This document shows, piece after piece, positions 21,349 to 28,255 of a stretch of DNA of 64,000 nt. The notes under the pieces were generated by a model that saw only the letters and a program-made list of their open reading frames with translations, ran no database searches and was not told the DNA's origin. The DNA comes from an uncultured virus (IMG/VR IMGVR_UViG_3300027977_001066). Taxonomy: Duplodnaviria; Heunggongvirae; Uroviricota; Caudoviricetes. Location: IMG/VR virus record IMGVR_UViG_3300027977_001066. The stretch is one strand, 5' to 3'. Positions within the stretch are counted from its first letter, which is position 1. The number at the start of each line of letters is the position of its first letter. The position numbers and the translations under genes are program-made.

Positions 21349-22323
21349 ATGGCAACAAAGAAAACAACTCCAAAAGCACCAGCAAAAGCTGTAAAAACTG
21401 TAAAACAATCTACGGAACCAAAAACAGTTCCAGTAGAAAAAGTACAAGAAATTGCTGACCAAGCCGCTCAAGCATCTGCGGCTGCTACCCCAACTGAAGC
21501 CCCGGCTCCAGGACAAGTACAAGTTAACGTAGACTTTCTACGTACAACAAAGGTACACATTGCAATGCCATGTTATGGTGGTATGTTGACAGAATCAACA
21601 TTCATGTCTTTTATCAAGTGGGCAAACACAGCCCGTCAACTTGGTATCGATTGGACATTAGAAACAATGGTTAATGAATCACTTATTAGCCGAGCACGAA
21701 ATACACTAACTGCTAAGTTCTTAGACATGCCAGACGCAACACACCTATTCTTTGTTGACGCTGACATTGGTTGGGAGCCATGGCATCTATTAGTTCTATT
21801 GAACCGTGACGTAGATGTTTGTGCAGGATTATATCCAATGAAGACAATGCCAATCAAGTGGGTAGTTAACGGATTTGAAGGTGCTGAAGAAGGACCAGAT
21901 GGCTTCCAAGAAGTAAGTAAAGCAGGTACTGGTTTCTTATTAATGAAGAAGCACGTATTTGACAAACTGAAAGCTCACCCAGCTGTTAAGCAATATAAGA
22001 ACGACATTGGATTAGATCCAAAGTATGACCAACACTTGAAAACATATTTTGACACAGCAGTTCGTCAGAATCGTTACTACAGTGAAGACTGGACATTCTG
22101 TGAAAACTGGCGTGACCTAGGTGGTAAGATTTGGGTTGACAAGCGTATTCTATTACGTCACTCAGGTAGTTATGTATTCTGTATGGAAAATCAACAACAT
22201 TTGATGAGTACAATTGGACCTATGTTTGTTGCAGAAGAACAAGCAAAGGCTGCGGCAGCACAACAGGTTGCATCGCAAGTTGTCCCAGATAGTAATGGGA
22301 ACGTTACACTAAAAATCTCTTAA
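21349..22323 (+). CDS. GT-A fold glycosyltransferase-like protein
   Basis: IAMPCYGG, ESLISRARN, FFVDADIGW (DxD), GTGFLL, YSEDWTFC. Confidence 0.75.
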   Translation: MATKKTTPKAPAKAVKTVKQSTEPKTVPVEKVQEIADQAAQASAAATPTEAPAPGQVQVNVDFLRTTKVHIAMPCYGGMLTESTFMSFIKWANTARQLGIDWTLETMVNESLISRARNTLTAKFLDMPDATHLFFVDADIGWEPWHLLVLLNRDVDVCAGLYPMKTMPIKWVVNGFEGAEEGPDGFQEVSKAGTGFLLMKKHVFDKLKAHPAVKQYKNDIGLDPKYDQHLKTYFDTAVRQNRYYSEDWTFCENWRDLGGKIWVDKRILLRHSGSYVFCMENQQHLMSTIGPMFVAEEQAKAAAAQQVASQVVPDSNGNVTLKIS

Positions 22324-22329
22324 ATGAGT

Positions 22330-22349
22330 AGCCCCGAAAGGGGCTTTTT
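22330..22349 (+). terminator. Intrinsic terminator
   Basis: AGCCCC-GAAA-GGGGCT followed by TTTT. Confidence 0.9.
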
Positions 22350-22359
22350 AGTGGGCATA

Positions 22360-22391
22360 TTGTCATAGCTTTGTCATCGTACTGTCACAAT
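22360..22391 (+). promoter_or_regulatory. Pho box (three TGTCA half-sites at 11-bp spacing)
   Basis: TGTCA at 22361, 22372 and 22383, matching the PhoB CTGTCAT 11-bp direct-repeat consensus. Confidence 0.75.
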
Positions 22392-22451
22392 TCCTGAAGT
22401 AAATACTTGTGTGTCATAGTGGCACAAAATTAACCACACAAGGAGAAACCC

Positions 22452-23099
22452 ATGAGATTAGAATATTTAGCCGCAAGATTAGTAGCTGTAGAAGCCAAAT
22501 TAGCAAACCTAACTGGTACAACAGTTAATACAGACAGTGCCACAAGCATTGAAGAACTAGACGCAAGACTTTCTGTAGTTGAAGTTCAGGTTGACCAATT
22601 AATCGCTGAGAAAACAGAAGCTCACATTGACGCTATTGTTGCCGCAGTAGCAAATGACGCACCAGTTGACGTAGCAGAAGTAGTTGCATTGTCATCAAGC
22701 GTATTCCATGAAGAAGCCGCTATCATCGTTACTGATGTTGTTACAGCACAAACTGAAGCTGATCCAATTGTTCATACTGAAGTTGCTGATATTGTTTCAG
22801 CCGCTGTTATGGCAGTTGTTACAGCAGAGCCGAAAGTTGTTATTGATCCAGTCGCAATCACAGAAGCTATCATGCAAGCAGTTGCTGATATGCCAGCCCC
22901 AACTCCAGAAGTAGCTCAACAAGTTGCTGATGCAGTTGAAGAAATTATAATTGCGGCTACAGGTGTTGAAGCAGTTACTCCAGAAGTAACACAACAAATT
23001 ATTGAAGCAGTTGCTACTCCTGCAGATCCAGCATTGGACGCTATTGAAGCTCGTTTAAATGTTGCTGAAGCAAAGGTAGACAGTCTATTGGGAAAATAA
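22452..23099 (+). CDS. Highly acidic A/V/E-rich protein with terminal coiled-coil repeats
   Basis: AGGAG RBS; LAARLVAVEAK / LDARLSVVE / IEARLNVAEAK repeats. May be extended to 23152 by a -1 frameshift. Confidence 0.8.
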   Translation: MRLEYLAARLVAVEAKLANLTGTTVNTDSATSIEELDARLSVVEVQVDQLIAEKTEAHIDAIVAAVANDAPVDVAEVVALSSSVFHEEAAIIVTDVVTAQTEADPIVHTEVADIVSAAVMAVVTAEPKVVIDPVAITEAIMQAVADMPAPTPEVAQQVADAVEEIIIAATGVEAVTPEVTQQIIEAVATPADPALDAIEARLNVAEAKVDSLLGK

Positions 23100-23152
23100 T
23101 AACCAGCGTTAAAGGCTGGCTATCAACCCTTTTTAAATCGGACACAAAATAG
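23090..23152 (+). other. Candidate programmed -1 ribosomal frameshift signal and 18-aa extension
   Basis: G_GGA_AAA heptamer (23090-23096), 6-nt spacer, CCAGC/GCTGG stem (23103-23119). The -1 frame reads IITSVKGWLSTLFKSDTK*. Confidence 0.6.
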
Positions 23153-23181
23153 CGTGTCGCTGGATTTGCGTAACCAGTACT

Positions 23182-23205
23182 AAGGGCCTCAAAAGGGCTC
23201 TTTTT
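23182..23205 (+). terminator. Probable intrinsic terminator
   Basis: AAGGGCCT-CAAAA-GGGCTC followed by TTTTT. Confidence 0.6.
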
Positions 23206-23215
23206 AATGGTTATA

Positions 23216-23235
23216 TTGTCACATATTTGTCACAA
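23216..23235 (+). promoter_or_regulatory. Pho box (two TGTCAC half-sites at 11-bp spacing)
   Basis: TTGTCACATAT-TTGTCACAA; TGTCA at 23217 and 23228. Confidence 0.7.
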
Positions 23236-23254
23236 TATTCCAAATAAATACAAG

Positions 23255-24118
23255 ATGAAAACATATCGTTCTATCTTTATCAGTGATGTGCATCTTGGTA
23301 CTAGAGATAGTAAAGCAGATAAATTAAATAATTTTTTAAAACATAATACATGTGATACATTGTATCTTGTAGGTGATATTATTGATGCTTGGAGAATACA
23401 ACAAAACAAATGGCGGTGGAAACAAAGTCACACCAATGTTGTTCGTAGAGTTTTGGGTCATGCTAAACGAGGAACTAAAGTAATATATGTAGCAGGCAAT
23501 CATGATGAATTTTTAAGACCTATGATTCCATATGGATTCAGTTTTGGCTTAGTAGAAATTCACAATCAAATAGAACATATAGGTGCTGATGGTAAGCACT
23601 ATTTAGTAACACACGGTGACTTGTTTGATGGTATAACAAGATTAGCCCCGTGGATAAGTTTTTTAGGAGACAAAGCATATGATTTCATTTTATCGCTTAA
23701 TAGCAAATTCAATTGGATACGTCATCGTTTTGGTTTTGGGTACTTTAGTCTTAGCAAATACCTTAAACACAAAGTAAAAAAAGCCATAGATTTTATGTTT
23801 CAGTTTGAAAAAAATCTAGCGGCATATTGTAAGAAGCGAGGTTTTGATGGAGTTATTTGTGGACATATACACCACGCAGAAATAAAAATTATAGATGGTG
23901 TCACATACATGAATGACGGTGACTGGGTTGAAAGTTGTACAGCACTTGTAGAACATCACGACGGTCGTTGGGAAATAGTTACTTGGACTAAGGAGAAGGA
24001 CGATGTGGATACTGATAATACTAGCAGTTCATATGCACGACTCAAAAGACGTGCCGGGACGGATAGAACTGACATTCCAAGACCAGCACTCTTGCCAACA
24101 GGCTTTAAGTACAATTAA
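23255..24118 (+). CDS. Calcineurin-like metallophosphoesterase of the PlcP / LpxH-like family (putative phospholipase C)
   Basis: YRSIFISDVHLG, LYLVGDIID.W, GNHDE, HGDLFD, GVICGHIH, YMNDGDWVESCTAL. Start reassigned to 23255. Confidence 0.8.
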   Translation: MKTYRSIFISDVHLGTRDSKADKLNNFLKHNTCDTLYLVGDIIDAWRIQQNKWRWKQSHTNVVRRVLGHAKRGTKVIYVAGNHDEFLRPMIPYGFSFGLVEIHNQIEHIGADGKHYLVTHGDLFDGITRLAPWISFLGDKAYDFILSLNSKFNWIRHRFGFGYFSLSKYLKHKVKKAIDFMFQFEKNLAAYCKKRGFDGVICGHIHHAEIKIIDGVTYMNDGDWVESCTALVEHHDGRWEIVTWTKEKDDVDTDNTSSSYARLKRRAGTDRTDIPRPALLPTGFKYN

Positions 24119-24173
24119 ATACAAACTGAAGTTTGACAATTTTAAGGTTATAGCAGAATGCAAAAAACAATAA
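24003..24173 (+). CDS. Small protein MWILIILAVH...KVIAECKKQ (56 aa, two Cys; not in the ORF track)
   Basis: AAGGAGAAGG RBS, hydrophobic N-terminus; overlaps the 3' end of the phosphoesterase in another frame. Confidence 0.6.
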   Translation: MWILIILAVHMHDSKDVPGRIELTFQDQHSCQQALSTIKYKLKFDNFKVIAECKKQ

Positions 24174-24874
24174 GTGATAAAATAACTATCGTAGTCCCTT
24201 GTAAGAATGAAGAAAATTATATTCATCATTTGTTCAATTCACTACGCTCACAAAACATAGGTAACACTAGAATTATCATTGCTGATTGTAGTACTGACAA
24301 TACTAGACAAGTGATAAAAGATAACAGTTATTTATTGAATGTAGAAATCATTGAAGGCGGCCCTGTATCCGTTGCCAAGAACAATGGAGCACGATTAGTC
24401 ACTACTCCGTATATATTGTTTATTGACGCCGATGTTCGTTTCTTTAAGGATACGGTAATTCATGATGCTGTCAATAAAATGGAATCAATAAACTTGGATC
24501 TTGTAGGATTGAATATTAAATCTTATGATAAAGATCCAAGGGCAAAGATTGGATTCACTGCATTTAACTTAATCAATCACACATTAAAATTCTTTAGTCC
24601 TTTCGCAGTTGGAGCGTTTATGCTAACCCGCAAAGATAAATTTGATGAATACGGTGGCTTCCCTGAAAACTTAGTAACAAGCGAAGATTTCTTTTTGTCC
24701 AGAAAATATAGTCCAAAAAAGTTCAGAATAATAAAACATCACTGTGGTCAAGATAGTCGTAGATTTAAAAAGATGGGATATTTTGGTATGGGTAAATATG
24801 TAGTAAAGAATTTCATTAATCGTAATAATAAACAATATTGGGATAGTTTAGACTCATCTAAATACTGGAATTAA
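24158..24874 (+). CDS. Family 2 glycosyltransferase
   Basis: TIVVPCKNEE, IIADCSTDNT, AKNNGA, ILFIDAD, GGF...SED. Confidence 0.9.
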   Translation: MQKTISDKITIVVPCKNEENYIHHLFNSLRSQNIGNTRIIIADCSTDNTRQVIKDNSYLLNVEIIEGGPVSVAKNNGARLVTTPYILFIDADVRFFKDTVIHDAVNKMESINLDLVGLNIKSYDKDPRAKIGFTAFNLINHTLKFFSPFAVGAFMLTRKDKFDEYGGFPENLVTSEDFFLSRKYSPKKFRIIKHHCGQDSRRFKKMGYFGMGKYVVKNFINRNNKQYWDSLDSSKYWN

Positions 24875-24922
24875 CATAATTCAGCTCTTTTTCATTTGTA
24901 TTTGTTAACAGCTAAATACACT

Positions 24923-27142
24923 ATGGACTTAAAAGAACTCGACTCATTTAAAATGTCGGATGCAATCACATTTCACGACCAACTTAACCCAAAGTTATTT
25001 CGTGGCACTTACCTACAAGCTGACGTATCCGATCAATTAAAAGTTATAGCACAAGATTTTTTGCAAGAGTTAGGCATTAAAGATTTAGATGTTAAAGATA
25101 TAACTATATCCGGATCTAATGCGGCTTACAGCTATACGCCCAACAGCGACTTAGACTTACATATATTAGTTGATTTAAGTCAGTATCCAGACGATGAGAT
25201 ATACCAAGAGCTATTTCACGCTAAAAAAACAATATACAATGATTCACACAACATTAAAGTTCACGGAATTCCAGTAGAATTGTATGTGCAAGATAGCAAC
25301 GAACCTGTAATTAGTTTAGGCGAATACAGCATATTAAAAGACAAGTGGCTTAGAATTCCTACTAAACGTAGAAGTAATTTAGACCAAACTGCTACTAAAC
25401 AGAAATATGAAAAGTTATTAAAACTAGCAGAATATGCATTAAAGTCAAAGAAATTAAGTAAAGTAAAACAAGTATTACAAACTATCAAACGTTATCGTCA
25501 AGCTGGACTAGATAAAGGTGGTGAGTTTGGTCCTGAGAATCTAGCATATAAAGCATTAAGAGTACAGGGTTACATCACTAAGTTATATGATTTGCGTGAC
25601 AAATTACATAGTGAGAAGTTAACTATCGAAACGATGTATCAGCCTATCAATGATGAGGTCAATGAAGCATTTGATAAACCTTATAAAATACTTAGATGGG
25701 AAAAGGGTGACTACGGTGATGTAGACGCAATAGCACGATTAGATGACAACACCTTTCTAAGTATTATGTTCAACAAGGGAGTCAGTAAAGATTCAAAAGA
25801 GGAAGCCTGGAGTGTTGAATTCTATAGAAACAATAGCCAGGAAGTCACAGGCGAAGGTGATGCACAACGTGTATTTGCCACTGTGTTAAGTGCTATTCAA
25901 ACATTTATTAAAAAGTATAAGCCTAATCGTGTAATCTTTTCAGCCAGTAAAGAAGTTGAACAAGGACAGAATGCAGAAAGTAGATCCAGCTTGTATGATA
26001 GATTAGTTCAACGCTATGCCAAGTCTTGGGGATTTAAAGCGTTCCGTGCAGACACCGGCAACAAAGTTATCTACGAATTGAGTAAGATAAAAAAAGACGT
26101 AGAAGAAGCACGTAGAAACCCAGAACAGAATAGAAAAAGTGGCTCTGGAAAATATGACCTTATTAATTACGCCGAAGATAATATTGATGATAAAGATAAC
26201 TGGGCTGTTAGTATGACTATGGAGCCCAAGTTAGGTATTAATCCACGTGCGGCTGTTAGTGAAGACACCCCCAAAGGCATTTACTTTTATCCATTAAGAT
26301 ATTTTATGCAAATGGCTGACCGTGATGAATCATTGCCTTGGGGAGATAACTTCCCCTATCTACAGTTGTTTCAGTATAACCGTTCAGGCGAAATGACTAA
26401 ACAAACTAAAGTTGATCTTGCTAAACTAAAACAAGTATTAAGTCAATATTGCCCTGAAGAAGTAATACAACAAGCAAGTGAAGAAGATGAATACGATGGT
26501 ACACCATACTGGTTTATCTATGACTGCTTAAGTAGACTAGGACAAAATGATGAAACTAATGTTGTTCGTTGGAATAAAGTATTGCGTGATTTAGGCTTTA
26601 CCAGTGTGTATGACGACGGTGGTGGTTGGATTGCTTACAATGAACCAACACAAGGAGTTGTGTTAGATCCACGTATTATTAAACAACATAAGATGTTTGA
26701 TAATCGTAATCCAACACTACAACATAGACGATACGATATACAAGGATTAGCTGATGCTATTGGTTGGTCTAGTTATTTCCAACGTGAAAGCCAATTACAA
26801 CGAATATACAATCATCCCGACGAGAAAAAAGTAATGTTGGATGTTGCTAAGAGTATGCTTAAACCGTTCTTAGGTAAATCTAGCGAAGAAGCAGATGAAA
26901 TGGGATATGACCAAGCAATAAAAGATGCCGCAGATAAAGTCATTGAGATATTAAAACAGCCGATTAATGAAGCGTCTGGCTACATTCCAAGCGAAAAACA
27001 GAAAAACGACCCACGTTTTAAGACAGCATTAACAGTAGATGTTAATCCATATAGTATCAAAAAGAATGCAAAAGCGTTCGGCTGGCTCACAACTAGAGCT
27101 GGTATTCCTCCAACAGCAAAGCCATCAGGCAAAATCTCTTAA
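24923..27142 (+). CDS. Modular protein with N-terminal Pol-beta-like nucleotidyltransferase domain
   Basis: ISGSNA...SDLDLHILVD...VELYVQ. Later modules start after VNE, VEE and INE. Start at 24923, after CTAAATA. Confidence 0.7.
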   Translation: MDLKELDSFKMSDAITFHDQLNPKLFRGTYLQADVSDQLKVIAQDFLQELGIKDLDVKDITISGSNAAYSYTPNSDLDLHILVDLSQYPDDEIYQELFHAKKTIYNDSHNIKVHGIPVELYVQDSNEPVISLGEYSILKDKWLRIPTKRRSNLDQTATKQKYEKLLKLAEYALKSKKLSKVKQVLQTIKRYRQAGLDKGGEFGPENLAYKALRVQGYITKLYDLRDKLHSEKLTIETMYQPINDEVNEAFDKPYKILRWEKGDYGDVDAIARLDDNTFLSIMFNKGVSKDSKEEAWSVEFYRNNSQEVTGEGDAQRVFATVLSAIQTFIKKYKPNRVIFSASKEVEQGQNAESRSSLYDRLVQRYAKSWGFKAFRADTGNKVIYELSKIKKDVEEARRNPEQNRKSGSGKYDLINYAEDNIDDKDNWAVSMTMEPKLGINPRAAVSEDTPKGIYFYPLRYFMQMADRDESLPWGDNFPYLQLFQYNRSGEMTKQTKVDLAKLKQVLSQYCPEEVIQQASEEDEYDGTPYWFIYDCLSRLGQNDETNVVRWNKVLRDLGFTSVYDDGGGWIAYNEPTQGVVLDPRIIKQHKMFDNRNPTLQHRRYDIQGLADAIGWSSYFQRESQLQRIYNHPDEKKVMLDVAKSMLKPFLGKSSEEADEMGYDQAIKDAADKVIEILKQPINEASGYIPSEKQKNDPRFKTALTVDVNPYSIKKNAKAFGWLTTRAGIPPTAKPSGKIS

Positions 27143-27192
27143 GTTTCCATATTATGGTATTTTGATAAATACTACATCAAACGGGATCCCAT

Positions 27193-28254
27193 ATGAAAAT
27201 CAGTCAAATTATCCAAGAAACAAGTACAACAGCAGGTTCAATAGCACCTACAGAACACGGTTTCGTCAAAATGCAAAGTCGTAACCCAAGTGTTTACGGT
27301 GGCAATAAAGTAGGCAACCTACTTAAAGGTAAGAAAACTAGCAAGCCATTTGCTAATAGCTTAAACGAAGCCGCAATGAAAGATTTAGCGTATGACTTAC
27401 AGACTATGAAGCCAGCTGAATTTCAAAAGAAATACGGTAAAACTAGAGAAGAAATGAAAGCTTCTATGAGCAAGCAACCTCAAAAGCCAACTCCACCAGT
27501 CAATGAAGCTGACTTAAGCGAACAAGACTTAATCGTTGTGCCAGGTCAAGGGCGTAGTGTAAAGACAGGTTTTATATCACACGATAAAGATAGAACAGAC
27601 CACGAAGTAGAAATGGCTGTGAGTGATTTATTCAGTGCAGGTAAGAACGCTGAGAAAATCTATAACATCGTAAGAAGTGTTAGTGAAGAAGAAGGCTTAG
27701 AAGGCTGGGTACAAGAAAAGATTATCAAAGCCAATGACTATCTAAACACAGTACGTGAATACCTAGAAGGTAAACAACTACGAAGTGTTACAGAAAACAA
27801 TCAAAGAGGTGACTCACTTGTTACTGACGCATTAAAAATAATGCGTGGTGCAGAAGTAGGTGATGCTGTAAAGGCACTAAAGACTGTACTAGGAGATAGA
27901 GAATACAATAGCCGTCGTGGTTTTTATAATTTCTATATTAGGCAAATGATTGATGCATATAGTAAGCAAGGTGCTACTGAAAGTTTAGGCACTACTGGTG
28001 CTATGACTAATGGTGAGATGGGTGAAAGTCAACTTGACGAGTTAAGCCCGCAAGCATTAGGAAGTTATGTAAAATCAGCAGCCGGTGATATGGCAAACCG
28101 TAAAGGTAATACACAGTTTCAAAAAGGTGCTAGGGTAGCTACATCTGCATTCAATTCAAAATTACCTGCAAGTCGTTTTGAGAAAGATGCTAAGATTGAA
28201 AAACGTCAGGCTGGTATTGACCGTGCAGTAGATAAAATAACTAGTAAAAAGTAA
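27193..28254 (+). CDS. Modular putative internal head protein (MKISQIIQE N-terminus)
   Basis: GATAAATA promoter; LNE/VNE/VTE/LDE-delimited modules; LEGWVQEKI module. Confidence 0.65.
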   Translation: MKISQIIQETSTTAGSIAPTEHGFVKMQSRNPSVYGGNKVGNLLKGKKTSKPFANSLNEAAMKDLAYDLQTMKPAEFQKKYGKTREEMKASMSKQPQKPTPPVNEADLSEQDLIVVPGQGRSVKTGFISHDKDRTDHEVEMAVSDLFSAGKNAEKIYNIVRSVSEEEGLEGWVQEKIIKANDYLNTVREYLEGKQLRSVTENNQRGDSLVTDALKIMRGAEVGDAVKALKTVLGDREYNSRRGFYNFYIRQMIDAYSKQGATESLGTTGAMTNGEMGESQLDELSPQALGSYVKSAAGDMANRKGNTQFQKGARVATSAFNSKLPASRFEKDAKIEKRQAGIDRAVDKITSKK

Positions 28255-28255
28255 T

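Noticed and set aside
23100..23205. Multi-hairpin region as a tRNA
   Set aside because: No cloverleaf, T-loop GTTC or CCA end; better explained by a frameshift stimulator, 3' UTR hairpins and a terminator.
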